From Balanoglossus misakiensis (taxonomy: Eukaryota; Animalia; Hemichordata): a stretch of 64,000 nucleotides of DNA. The notes under the pieces were generated by a model. The model worked only from the letters and a program-made list of their open reading frames with translations, had not been told where the DNA came from and ran no database searches. The stretch is taken from positions 5,998,303-6,062,302 of the forward strand of contig CM082582.2 in NCBI GenBank assembly GCA_040954595.2, written 5' to 3'. Numbering within the stretch: the first letter of the stretch is position 1; every line of letters starts with the position of its first letter. The translations under genes were made by a program, and so were the position numbers. Of this stretch, positions 1-13,900 are shown piece by piece.

Positions 1-285
1 TTCTTAGGAAGTCTTGGGAACGCGACTCGAAAGGTGAACACTATAATTTACGACTTCAGCACAAAAGCTCGAAAGAGTGAGAAGGGCGGAGGAAGGAGGG
101 GAGGGGGAGGCCGGGAGGGAGAGAGACTATTGAAAGCATGGACATTTTAAGTGGGTTAAGGAAAATCTACAGAATCAATTCCCACAGTATGACTTGCTGA
201 CAGTATGGAAACTCGCGTGCAGTCGAAATTTTGCCTGCCGAGCGATATTCGCATTTTTGACAAAATGTTTGTCTCCTTCTTTCAG

Positions 286-1903
286 CTTTGTATTCAAACA
301 CTGATGAGGCTTCCAAGTACCTCACCAAAGAATCCAAGACTTCCTTGTGGGGATATGCCATCTTTGCAAAACGGAATAACTATCCGATGATGGGAAATCT
401 TGATCATGCCGTCAGAGAAGGACAAGATCAGCACCTGAGGACCTTTGGTTTGACCAGAGGTGGAGTCTACGAGAAGTGCTATTCGGATGAAGACCGTACC
501 AGGACGTTTATCGGTGCAATGAATGCACTGTCTGCGATGACAGCCGAGTCCATAGGACAAGCATTTGACCTGAGCGTGTTTCGATCTGTGTGTGATTTTG
601 GAGGTAGGCATTTAACTGACTTTCAAGAAGAAAATCTTTACAATTCAATTATAGAAATAATCTACAATAAAACAATTACCAACTTAGAGGTAGGACATTT
701 TTCGTATTCAATGTAGGTCCATCACTGTATACATATTGTTATAGTGTTCTAGAAGGACATCTCATATTTGTTTTTAGACCTCGATAATTTTGCAGGTCTT
801 TGTCTCAACATTCATTCATCCTCACCAGGTGGAAGTGATGGCCTTGCATAAGACAATGGTTGTTGTTAGACCTCGATAATTTTGCAGGTCTTTGCCTCAA
901 CATTCACATCTCTCCTTGCACCAGGTGGAAGTGGTGTACTTGCATATGAGATGAGTCGAATGTATCCAGAGATGTCAATCAAAGTGTTGGAACTGCCACC
1001 TGTTGTGAAGCTGTCGAAGCACTTCGAACCAAACGACGGAGTGAAACGAAATGTTCAGTTCGTGGCTGGCGATTTCTTTGTTGATGAATTACCCGAGGCT
1101 GAACTCTACATTTTCTCGATGATCTTTCATAACTGGAGTGAAGACAGGATTAATCAGATTCTTAGACGCGCGCACAAGGCATTGATACCAGGTGAGTATA
1201 AACTCGGTGTTTCCGTTGTGCCATGTTCAACGGAACAATATTTTTCCCATTCACCCTGTTTGACCATATTTCACATATACATATACTTAATATGTGAAAT
1301 AAGAAGACGTGTATCTTTCTGATCATACGCATGTACATCTCAAATGGGACTTTTTATGTGTACCGGAAGTAATTTTCTACTCGTTTAAATATTATTACCG
1401 TATAGGGATAAACTGTGTTAACGCCATCTTGAAAATTTGCAGTGCATTATGGGTAAAATTAGTTCCGGTTGGGGGGGGGGGGTAGCGTCTACAATCTATC
1501 CATTTTCCAGCGGTTTAGTCAGATTTTCTTCATGTAACTACTACTACTAACGTAACTTGAAGAAAATATGACAAAACCGCTGGAAAATTGGATAGATTGT
1601 AGACGCTACCCCCCCCCAACCGGAACGAATTTTACCCACAATGCACTGCATATTTTCAAGATGGCGTTAACACAGTTTATCCCTATAGGTGGTGCTATTC
1701 TCATCGCAGAACGCCTGTATAACGACACCAAGACAGGTCCGGTTGACACTGCTGCGAGATGTATGCAAATGCTGGTACTGAACGAAGGCAAGGAAAGACC
1801 AGCCAAGGAGTACAAAGATCTGTTGGAGAAGAATGGTTTCAGTGATGTCCGGGTGAAGCGTACAAGGACGTTACAAGATGCAGTTTTTGCGAGACGATAT
1901 TGA
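286..1903 (+). CDS. Acetylserotonin O-methyltransferase-like class I SAM-dependent O-methyltransferase; 3' exons only (286-603, 925-1191, 1689-1903), 5' part lies outside the window
   Basis: Three exons join in frame through phase-1 GT-AG introns. SAM motif VCDFG|GGSG, 'FVAGDFFVDELPEAELY...IFHNWSE', 'L.PG|GAILIAE' and 'NEGKERP..EY..LL...GF' are typical of Methyltransf_2/ASMT. Stop TGA at 1901-1903. Confidence 0.88.
774..946 (+). repeat. Tandem duplication (about 80 bp) of the intron/exon boundary of the methyltransferase exon starting at 925
   Basis: 774-850 and 866-946 both read ttagacctcgataattttgcaggtctttg.ctcaacattca...caccag|gtggaagtg.tg..cttgcata. The first copy reaches an in-frame TAA. 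Confidence 0.85.
1401..1687. mobile_element. Palindromic MITE with about 130-bp inverted arms and probable TA target-site duplication
   Basis: 1401-1532 (tatagggataaactgtgttaacgccatcttgaaaat...ttttcttca) is a near-perfect reverse complement of 1558-1687 (tgaagaaaat...gatggcgttaacacagtttatccctata). Confidence 0.9.
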
Positions 1904-3826
1904 AATTCTTCTCTTCACATCTATCCCAATAATGTACCATTAGTGGTCTGAAATTTTGTCTTTATAGCTAATAGTAAAATTCTAGTGATTTGTAACCTTA
2001 CAATTTGAAAAAAAACACTTGCTTTGGTAGTGTTATTAAAAGATATACAAGATTGTAAAAGTATGAATAGCATTTTCAACATTCTCCTGAAGGAAAATTG
2101 CGTCATTGGCATACAATAAGAGCACATAAAACACGTGTTATGATGAAAAATATATATCTTTGATGCACGAAAGTGTGGTTATTTTGTTGTAACCTTCTCT
2201 AAAATCAGCCTGTTCTTCCCCAAGCTTACCGGTACAGTGCTCTCAACATATAACAGCCTAGGCGGGGTTTAGGCGATATGAGTTACATAAATCTCACTTG
2301 TATAATATTATACATCATGAACTGAACCTGTGGATGTTTAATTTAATTTTTTGTCACAAGTTTACGTGTATACATCGTTGGAAAATTCTGTAATGTAATT
2401 TATTTCTTCCATAAGGGATAATAAATAGATGTCATTAAAAAAAAACACTGTGCACAACTCACTACGTCAGAACAGCAACGACCTGTTGACATCTCCCATC
2501 AACAAGACATGTCTGTAACTGGTTTGTATGAGTGGTGCGATTGGTTTCCTTCTGTATGAAAACCAGCACAAACTCTATGAGTGTGGATGGTGTTTAGTTG
2601 TATACACCAAGGAAAAGTTACAAAAGAAACAAGGTACATGTACTAGCGTTTGAGAGAATAATTAGTAAGTACAAATGTATCAAAATGCAAGTCCATGTGA
2701 ATACATTGACAACAAACAACAATTTTTCATGGATACTATGATAGTGTTAGTTTCCGAATACCAATTATTCTTTTTCTTTGTTTTGGATAGGTTAACATTA
2801 TTTTTCGGTTGGCTTTCTATTTATTTCTTTTTAATTTAGACGGAACTCCATGTTTTATGTGGTATACTTCTATGGTGTGTGTGTTTGGGTGGGGGTGGGG
2901 GTGGGGCAGTCTTTGGTGTTGACATCTGTCACCCACAAACAATCCAACTCCATGTGTCAGTGTCCTATATTTGGAGTTTATAATGAGCGCAAGGTGAAAA
3001 GAAGATTAACTAGGGCATTGTGTTGTCCAGGACGGGATGCGTCAAGCGGTCCGATCGTTTATTGGCTATTGTCATATGTGCAACCTGTTATCTCAAAGCA
3101 GAAAATTACATTGACTCATTAATTACTGTCATTTCACATACATGCCCTTTTTCCTTACTTCTTGTGGATATAAAAATGCACGCAAAGGTGTCTTGACAAT
3201 AAAACACAAAGTAACATCACCATCAAAAGTCAATCTTCAGACATTTACTCCATTATAAAATGGAATCATTCAATCCTTGCATGTGCTGAGACGAAATGTT
3301 CCGTGATACGAACTCCCAAACCCTTGAACACCTGTTGATCTATGACGTTTTGATAGTAATGTTATAGATGAGAACATATAACATCGGGCATCGAACCCTG
3401 CTTGAGCTTTCCTCTGGAGGTACATGTAATTAAAACATTTAAAATATTTGTATTTCATCAGACGGATGCTGAAATGATTAGAACAATCGTATTACGTTCT
3501 TTGTCATGTCATGTTTTATGCAAATTGGTTCATATATGATTAATTTCCCTTTTGTAGTTGCACACGAGCCTATAGCAATTCCGAGAACATTAACACTAGG
3601 TATATGATCCTACGTAATTGGTGCTGAACAAGAAACCGTAGTTGACACATATTAGAAATACTGAAAAATAGCCAAAATTACAGTATAGAAAACCTTTACA
3701 CTTCCGGCGGAAGTGGTTGTAACTTGGAGCATGACAGCCAGATGGAATTCAATATATCTCTGGTTCGTATACTGAGTTGTCACAATGGCGTATAATTAAG
3801 CTACCCTGGGGCACTAAAATTGAATG

Positions 3827-4570
3827 GGAACTTAATTATACTCAATCGCATAATTATATACAAACATATGTCGCATATGCATTATTCATAATTAATGTTA
3901 TAAAACTCAGTAAATTTGTTGAGATTAATGCTGACAGATTTTCGATCAAAGTATTTCGGAAGAAAAGTATTAATTGCGAATCACAAATCACCCCCCAGTG
4001 TTCTGAGTATCTCAACATGTTGCGTGATTGGTTTGGTTTATTTGAAATTACTTTCAAACGGTATCCCAGAAAAACGTACCCAACTTGATGTCTGGTTCTA
4101 GATGTTGTAACAGCGGAGGGGGGGGGGGGGAATCGTTTGTCGACGATCCGTCAGACTGATACGAAAATTCGGGCAAATATATACAAAAGTGAATATATTT
4201 CGTGAAAGTTCACGCCGGACAAATTAAGGGTCATTTTACTGCGTGTGTTTAAGCTAGAAGATAGCCAAACTTACAAACTTGAGGATTTAGTAGTGCGCTT
4301 AGAGTGCGCGCGTGTTGTATTAAAATACAATAGGAACTTAATTATTCTCACTCGCATATTTATATAAACACATATGTCGCACATTCATTTTTCATAATTA
4401 GTGTTTAAAAAACCTGTAAATTAGTTGAGATTATTATTAAGGATGTTGCTGTCCCTGAACGATCAGGCTAACTGACATTTGACTCAGCAAATTTGTGACC
4501 CGTTCGCAAGTTTTACAGCGGTAAACAATTCAAATTTCGATAAAAGTCTTTTGGAAGAAAAGTATCAATC
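3827..4570 (+). repeat. Diverged direct repeat upstream of the giant lectin gene
   Basis: ggaacttaattat.ctca.tcgcata.ttatata...acatatgtcgca...gttgagatta at about 3827-3926 and 4333-4433; tttcgat.aaagt.ttt.ggaagaaaagtat.aat follows at about 3938-3974 and 4534-4569. Confidence 0.75.
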
Positions 4571-4874
4571 AAGAGTAGAGTGTAGACCCGGGCATTGTGT
4601 GCTTGTTGTTTGGGCTGCCATTTAATATTTTACGTCTTATTGATGTCTTTATTCAAGCAGACAACGAGAAAAACAGCCAACAAACAAACAAACAAACAAA
4701 TGAAAACCAACCATTCTCACATCTGTTGCAGGCCTTGAGTAATGAAATACGTCAACGAGGGAATGTGCTGATGTTGCAAGTGCACCGCTGAATTTTTCAT
4801 GAAGCAGCTGTTACAGTATACGATGTCAATAAAGTATCGCACAGTCCTGACATTTTGATTCACTTTCATCAGTC

Positions 4875-4950
4875 ATGGTGAAAGAAAAGCACCTTGCCAA
4901 GCCTTTGCTTGGGGTGTTGCTCCTCCTGGCGTGTGCGCGAGGAATACAAG
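4875..4950 (+). CDS. Exon 1 of the giant lectin: signal peptide MVKEKHLAKPLLGVLLLLACARGIQ
   Basis: ATG in gtcATGg context, basic n-region, hydrophobic core, and donor AAG|gtaag in phase 1, matching the acceptor at 6350. Confidence 0.8.
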
Positions 4951-7900
4951 GTAAGAATCAACGATGACTTTCACAAACAAAGATCGGTGCCTCTTGTATA
5001 CCACTAGTTTATTTTCCTTTAAACCAGGAATCATTAGTTAATGTGAACCTTCAAGAAACTTTCAGACCATGGCACAGAATTTAAAAAGTCGATTTTTATG
5101 CTTTTGTGGCTAAATATCTTCTTCTATTTTCGAAAATCGAATTACGATATCAACACCGTGATCGCAACCTATCGGCTTACTCGACATTGCTTTATGTTGG
5201 TTTGCTATGCAAAACAAAATCCAAATGCGAATTCGTTGGTCGCGAAATGGATAAAAATTTCACTAAGCCGGTCTTGATTCGAATCGGTGCAGTGTCTTCC
5301 GAGTTCCAATCCCATACGTTTTATTCTTGTATATAGACTTTATCTAGCAAACCAAAAACAATTTTGTATTTCGCAACGCCACATTCCCAATATTACGCGA
5401 ACGCCCCGCACCCACAGATGACATTCTCTCCCTCTCGCTGCGAAGTGCTGTGCTAATGAATATGGTCCGGCATGCGCCAATCGCCACATTGCCCAATTTC
5501 GGGAAGCCACCCAACTTGGAGTCGACCGCAAAAAGTTTGCACCGACTGTTAAATTTAGGGTCCTAGACAATGAGTCGAAGCGACCGCACACGACTGAATC
5601 TTACAGTCTAGATGAAGTCAAGCTTAGAAAAATCGTGTGGTTTACACATGCATGAACAGTCTTCTTACTTTTCGCTAAAACAGGTCGGATGAAAACAATT
5701 CAGTATCTTGCAAAAATATTCGAGAGGTCTCGAATTTATTATGGGATTACTTTCTTTGGAATGTGTGAAGCGTCTGTTTCCCTATTAGAGGGACTACTTT
5801 TCAGTCATAAAAGTTGACTGCTACGGGGGCTACGCTTCCGCCCAGAGAAGAGAGTCTGGGGAAATTGTAGACTCGACAGCCGCATGGGGCTAGAAGGGGA
5901 ATATGTCACAACACTTGATAACAAGTTTAACTTTCATGGTAGTTTAGGTGTCTTCACCCCGTTATCGCTTTTGTACACAACCACCGGAAGCTTGATACTG
6001 CGGCCGGCCACGGCTCTCAGCTGCGAGTGTGGGCCGTAACCTTTGACCCGAGTGAAAGTCTATTGCGCAGTTGAGACCAATATTCATATCAATGCGCGGA
6101 CACTCGTTTTTGATAAACCCACACAAAACTCGATCTCCAACAGTGACAGTGGTGGTAATAATGATGATGATTAGATACTTAATAGAAATAAAAATATATT
6201 TTGACATCGAAAGTGGTAAAATTCGACGTAGGGTCAACGCATATAGTAGTCCTACTCATTAAAATCAAGCGTTTTATCGACAAATCAGCTGGCTTTTTTC
6301 GGCAAATCTTCTCGTTTTTACATTTCACATTTGGATGTTCTCAATTTCAGGACTGCCAGACCCAGTAGCGTTTTGGCCACTTGACGCAGATGAAGGCTTA
6401 CAGGACACATCTGGAAACGGGAACCACGGCACCAACGCCGGTGGCGCCAATCTCATCGCCGATGCCGACGGCACGTTGGCCGGCGCCTATCAGTTCACGA
6501 GCAGCGCCAACTCGTACATCGAGTTCCCCAACAACGGCGCCTACGACACGAGGTACTCGATAACCATGTCGATGTACATATACCCGCAGGGCGTGTTCGG
6601 TCCCACGTTCAACTTCAAGCGCGACGCGTGGGGGGTCCACATGTACAGCGGCAACACCATGCACTTCGTGCGGTTCTGCCAGAGGAACAGCCTGGCGTTC
6701 ACCACGGCGCTGTACGTGAACACCTTGAAGCAGAACGACTGGGTGTTCGTCAGCGCCAGCTACGACCACGACACCGGGATGGCCAAGCTGTGGATCTACG
6801 ACGAAGTTGTGCAGGCCGTGAACATCGGCCGAGTTGAGTTGGCGACGAACTACGAGGCGAGGATGGGAGTCAGAACATACGATGGCAGATATCTGAGGGC
6901 CATGGTTACCTGTATGCAGGTGTACGATAGAGAACTGACACCGTCTGAGATGCGAGAAGCCGAAAGCAAATGTAAAATTGGTCGAAGTATGTATACAGTT
7001 TTATCAGTAGTCTATGTCAATAGGTATTTCACCAATCATATATTGCATCAGTATTGTGTAGTTATCTTTACACGTCTAGAATGTGAAGGAAACTGACCAA
7101 TCGAAGTGAATTATGCATGACAGGGACATTTCAGGCTCTATATCACTATGATCTGAGACGAATATACCTTAAGGTATACTAGTCCCAGCTATGATTCATA
7201 AAACATTAGACAATATTAGATAACAAAATCGCCATTGGGTTATGTCTACTTGCTTGCTTCTGCAAATTGAAATTATTGTACCCCGTACACTGTCCAAGTT
7301 TGTGTAAAGATACATTGGAAAGGGTAATATAGTACATCAGTAAAACGTGCATGTTTGACATAATTATGATTTAGTAAAAGGGAGATAAAAGTAAGATTTT
7401 ATCTAGTATAAACTATAATGCGTGAATCTTTTACTCACCAGTCGAACAACCCTTACCAACTGTGAATTGTAACAACGGGCCGCTGAGAAACCAGATGGTG
7501 CAATTCGACGGGACGGCAAGCAGCTACGTGAAATACTCCAGCGGCGATATCCCTGATCTGGAGAGGTTCAGCGCCTGCTGGTGGGCCCAGACCAGCGCGT
7601 CGGCCAACAACTACCGGACCCACTTCAGCTACATGACGAGCAACGTGAACACCGGCTCCATCTACGTGCGCCGGATCAACAGTCTCATCCTGAACGTCAA
7701 CAACGGCGACGGCGCTGCCACCTCCGTCTCCATCGAGTACGGTCTGTGGCACCACGTCTGCGTCATGTGGTCCAACATCGTCGGGCGCTACCAAGTCTTC
7801 AAGGACGGCGGACTGGTGTACACCACGACCGGTCTGAGAACCTCGCAGACGATCCAAGGCGGCGGACTTCTCGTGCTCGGCCAGCGACTGTCCAGCAACA

Positions 7901-10900
7901 CCGGCAGCTTCTACGGCGCCACCTACTCCTTTCAAGGGAACATGGCGTCCTTCAGCATGTGGAACAAACTTATTGACGAGTCAGATATAGCGGTAAGATG
8001 CAAACGTTAATGATGTATGACAAGCCTCAGGCGGGTCAGAGTTGCAGAGTGGCAACTCACTCAAAACGTCTTCTACTTTTTATATTCAGGTACAGATGTT
8101 TAGGACTAATATGCAAATTACAAAGGGCCTACAAAATGAGGTTAATGTCTTTTGAAATGCTAATTTACAGTCTTAGAAGAATGTAAAATCGAAGTGGCCA
8201 AATACTGGTGTACGATGGGATTATCATTAGCGCGTGTGCATTTGATAAGTCAACAAGCAGTTGCCAATTTGAAGGCCTTCAGAATATGTATTTGAGAAAT
8301 AAACCCAAAATTTATTCTTTGCGACCCCCACAAAACACATCTGCAGTGAAACTTTCGCTGCAATCCAACCTATTTCTATTATTCCGATTAATATAATTAT
8401 ATAATTCTTTATTTAATTATTACAGGCAATGGCATCCAGTGGATGTAACGCAGAGGATTGTGGTAACATTTTGGCTTGGACTAGTTTCCAGACTGATGGC
8501 CTAAACGGTGTTGAGACTGAACGTTCTACACTAGTGTGCGGTATGTTCAAAACTGTCGACACACTTTTTATTTGTTTCTATTTTTAATGTATTGGATTGT
8601 ATATTTTCTTTGGAATCAAAGCAGACGACCATATGATATGCGCAACAAACTTATATGTTACGGTTACCTTTCTGTACTACAAACACACAGGTTTTGTAGA
8701 AAAAAATATGGATTTGAAATACGTGGGTCTTTGACTAAAAAGCAAGGCAGGATATAGTAGGTGCTAAAGATGTGTAGACTTATTCGGTTTAATACATTAA
8801 CTCAACAGAAGACCGCGTGGAAGGATGCGCAGGTGGGGCCTTTCAGGGCAAAATGTTAAACATGGACAACACTGGCAGCGGTTTCAGCTACGCGCAGTCG
8901 TTCCAGTCCATCCCAGACATGAAGCAGTTCACCATGTGCTGGTGGGTTCGCAGCACGGACACCACTACGTCCAAGTACCTGATGACCTACCGCTCGTCCA
9001 ACATCAACACGGGCAGCATCTACGTCTACAACCCCAATAACGTGCAGCTGTACGTCAACAACGGCGCCGCCACCGCCAGCGGCATCGCCGTCAACTACGG
9101 CATCTGGCACCACCTGTGCATGACGTGGGACTCGGCGGACTCCGGCCGATACCACTACTACAAAGACGGCAACATGAGGTACACGTCGTACAATCTGAAG
9201 ACGGGCCAGACTATGCTGGGAGGCGGGACGCTGATGATCGGCCAGTGGCAGGCGTCGGTCGGGAGTGGACTCAGCAAGTCGTATTCCTTCAATCACGACG
9301 TCACCGAGTTCAATATCTGGAGTGAACTTCTGGATGCAGAAAATATTGCAGTAAGAGCATTTGGTTTGCTTGCACAAACATCACATATACGCATCACACT
9401 CTATAAACACCAAAGATTTATGTTAATCAAATGATTGGGTTTACAGTCAAACATCAGCGTGTGGTAGTTTTCAGTTTTTTGTTAGCAATTTTTTTCTTGC
9501 CATACTTTACTTGACACACAAACCCATTAGGCCTACAATACAGAAATTAGGACTACAAAACCAGTAGAAAATTTCGGGATTTTCGTCGGTTTCCAACTTT
9601 TGCATTTGGAAAGTTACTGTATTGCTCATTTACTTATTTTTGTATATTATTCCCCGCAGCAAATGGCTGAGTCTCCGTGTGAGAGCGTCTGCGGAAATGC
9701 TGTGTCCTGGGCCTTCTTCCGGGAGAGTGACATCACAATGTCTGTGACAGCTGAAGATGCCGACATTCAGTGTTGTAAGTGTTGAAGAAAATAAGGGACG
9801 TTTATAGCTGTAACTTTTGGCTTTATTGCCAGTATTTTTGTTCTTTGAATCATACACAATAAATTGTTTGCTCTACTCCAAACAGCATGTCAATGGTACT
9901 TTAACGTAGACGCATTTTGTATCGTTTGGCTATGGTTTAATAATTATTGGATATGCTTTACTCTTGACAACATAGCCGCCGAGGAACCTCAGTGTGATGA
10001 CGGAGCGTACGAAGGCAAGCTCTTCCATTTTGACAGCACATCCGAGTACACCTACGCAACCGTTGACAAAGACTTCAGAGACATCTGGTCGTTCACAAGT
10101 TGTTGGTGGATGCGAACGCAGGACACCAGCAGTACGTACCGCACCATGATGAGCTACTTCGCACTCGGTGACAGTACGAGTCTCGCCAGCATCGCGGTGG
10201 AAAATCCTTACAACATGAGAGTCGGCATCAAGGGAAGGTGGGGCAGCAGCTCCGGAATTGCAGTCAACTACGGGATGTGGCATCACGTGTGTGTCACGTG
10301 GACCTCGGATGGTGGCACGTACCAGATCTACCGAAATGGAGGCCTGGCTTACACACAGACTGGTTACTCGGCAAACAAGATCCTCAGAGGCGGTGGCAAA
10401 TTGGTTCTTGGACAAAAACAGACAACCCTCGGCGGGGGATTCAGTAGAACCTATTCCTACTACGGTGACATGTCAGATTTTAATATGTGGAGCACTGTTT
10501 TGGAATCAGACGTCATCAAGGTACATATAATTGCAAAAATGATTATTCTTGTTATTAGGATATTTTAGTAATTCTGTATACATCATTTAACACTATGAAT
10601 AATTATTTTCAGACAAAACCAATTGATAGCGTTTCTAATTATGAAAGTAAATTGTACACAAATCTGCTGTTAGTTGACCAGACGTATGTTGTATATAGCA
10701 CTGCACATTTGATCAACGCAAGTTTTATATAATTGAGTTGATTTTATCGTGTCCATTATGGCATTGTTTTCAGGGATTTGTTGAAAACCGAGGATGTAGC
10801 AATGGATGTGGTGATCTGGTTTCATGGTACGGCTTCACCAGCAGCAATCTCGAAGAAGTGGAAGTTGAAGATGCAGATGCCGTCTGCGGTAGGTCACAAT

Positions 10901-13900
10901 GTTACTGCATTAATTGTCATAGAACAAGTTTGTGTGGCATGTGAAAGGCAGTCAAGGGCAGCCCTGTGGAGTAACACGCCCTGTACACTAGCTCAGACAA
11001 ATTTTCCCTGTTACACATATGCCACAAGAATGGTTGTAACTCACCACCATATTTGTCTTTTCGATTACCGAGACATTACTTTACAAATACAAGTGCCGCT
11101 AACCATTTCCTTGTGTCTGACACTTGCAGAAGACAGAGCTACCACGTGCGGTGAGGGTACATTGGACGACAAGAAATGGAGTCTGGAAACTTCTTCGTCG
11201 CAGTTCAGCTACGCCGCCGTGAGACAAGAGATCCCCACCATGTCGGCCGTCTCGGTGTGCATGTGGGTGAAGAGTACTGACACGACGACCAGCAAATACC
11301 TGTACACCTACAGAACCTCCAACATCAACACGGGAAGCATCTTCTTGAACAACCCGAACAACCTGCGCTTCTACATCGACAATGCCGCCGGTACGGCGAG
11401 CGGAGTAGCCGTCAACTACGGCATCTGGCACCACATATGTCAGACGTGGACGGCAGAGGGCGGCAAGTACCAGTACTTCAAAGATGGGCGATTGCGGTAC
11501 ACCAGCACCAACCTGCGAACCAACTACGAGATCACCGGTGGTGGCACGCTGATCATTGGACAGTGGCAAGGGTCACAGGGCGGTACCTTCTCCACGGCCT
11601 ACGGTTTCAATGCTGAAATCTCCAAGTTCAACATGTGGAGTGAAGTCTTAGAAGTTGCTGCGATAGAGGTACTAAATATAGTAACTTTTCTTTTAAAGTG
11701 CTTAAAGTTACTATGTTGAACATTCATCTCTGGCTGGGTGTTTGATATAAAGTGTGGCTTCTGCGCATCTCCAGATATCACACTTTTAAATTACGGGATT
11801 CGAACACGGAAGGGCCAAGAACGTTGAGGGAGTTGGTTACTTTCTTGCACAGTTCAGTATTATTCTGGAAATAACTGCTTTGTTTCTTTACACAAAAGTT
11901 TACTGATTATTCCCAACTAACGGATTAAACATCTGTGCCTACAGGGTATGGTTGAAGAACCATGTGGGTATATATGCGGTGATGTCGTATGGTGGTCCTA
12001 CTTCAGGGATGACGATTTGGCCAATATAGACGTTGATGATCATGGTCTACAGTGCGGTAAGTAAAATAACTGAGAAGTTAGTGTTACATTCTAAAGAAAA
12101 ACGTGTGTGCAATTTGTATAACCATGTTGGACACACCAGAGCAAAGTTATGACGTGTATTGTTTCATCTACAGAGGAAGAAGAATTGATCTGCGAAGACG
12201 GGCCATACACCAACAAGACCTGGTCGTTCGACAGTACATCTGAATACACCTACGTCACAGCGCCTACTGAGTTTTTAGACATGTTCTCATTTACGGCCTG
12301 TTGGTGGATGAGAACCAACGATGTGTCCGGACAGGCCCGCTCTATCTTCACCTACTTTGCGCCCGGAGACAACCCTGGAAGTATTCTGGTGCAGACAGCA
12401 AGCAGCCTGAGAGCTTGTATCAAGAATACCTGGGCTTCCCCCTCCGGCGTATCGGTGACCTATGGCGCCTGGCACCACGTGTGCGTCACGTGGACCATGG
12501 ACGGCGGCGTGCAGGAATTCTACAAAGACGGCAGTCGGGTTTTCCAGCAGTCGAACGTGAGGGCCAATCAGATGTTGAGAGGCGGCGGAAAGCTCATCAT
12601 TGGTCAACGACAAGCAAGTGTTGGAGGTGGATTCAACAGGGCTTATTCGTATATTGGCGATTTGTCCGAATTCAACATGTGGAGCGAAGTCTTGATGCAG
12701 TCCAAAATCCAGGTAAGACTGATAGCGTACAAGGCAAAAATGTGTCATATAGATCCAGCGTTTACCTACATAATGATACCTATCTTACAATAAGCTCTGT
12801 AAATATCAGCTCTGACAAACGTCTCCAAATTCGTTGGTAACTATATCTACCGCGATGACCCCTCTAATACAAATCTTCCACTACAGGGTTTTGCGCAGAA
12901 CCGCGGCTGCGAAAATGGCTGTGGAGACTTACTCTCTTGGTCGGAAATAACGTCGTCTGCCCTAACGGAAGTAGAAGTCACCAATGCAGATTCCATGTGT
13001 CGTAAGTTTATTTAATGTGCTCTTCTCTTGCCCAGTAACTACAATGAGCTACAATGAGCCATAAAGATTGTCAAGTAGTGTCAAAGTTAAGGGTTTTCGT
13101 GTCTTTCCTTTGTGTCCATTACTGTAAATACCGTGTATCTTAAGTTAATGAAGTGTGTTGCTTTATGTTTAAGAACCAAGAGTTGACTGCGAAGATGGCG
13201 ACGGTGGGGAATTTGATGACAAAGTGGTTGGAATGGACAACTCTGGTGACTACAGCTATCTGTCGTCCTTCCAAACGATGCCCGACATGACCGCCTTCAC
13301 CATGTGCTGGTGGCTCCGCAGCAGAGACACGACAACGTCCAAGTACCTCATGACCTATCGCTCGTCCAACATCAACACGGGCAGCATCTACGTGTACAAC
13401 CCGAACAACGTGCAGCTGTACGTCAACAACGGCGCGGCGACCGCCAGCGGCTTGGCGGTCAACTATGGCCTGTGGCATCACCTCTGTATGACCTGGGACG
13501 GCGCCGACGTCGGCAGATATCACTATTACAAAGACGGCAACATGAAGTACACGTCCTACAACTTGCGGAACACCCAGACTATTCTCGGGGGAGGCAGTCT
13601 GCTGATTGGCCACTGGCAGGGATCCATTGGCGGCTCCTTGAGCAAGAGTTACTCGTTCAACCACGATTTGACCAAATTTAACATCTGGAATGAAGTCTTT
13701 GACCAAGAAGCAATAATGGTTAGTAGCACTTTGATCCTCTGGGGGGATTCGTGAACAACTCGATCTGTGTAGACACACAGTTTCAGTGAGTTCGATATCA
13801 CAGCAAAACATTGTTATTTGATTTCTATACAGAACATGGCGAATTCCCCGTGCGATGTCTCTTGTGGAAACGCTATTTCTTGGCCATATTTCCGTTCAAG

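Noticed and set aside
2290-2445. Possible retroelement 3' tail (AATAAA followed by an A-run)
   Set aside because: No coding remnant or TSD could be identified; it may simply be the methyltransferase 3' UTR.
5000-6270. Possible non-autonomous transposon filling intron 1 of the lectin gene
   Set aside because: CpG-richer sequence, but I could not find matching termini or a TSD by eye.
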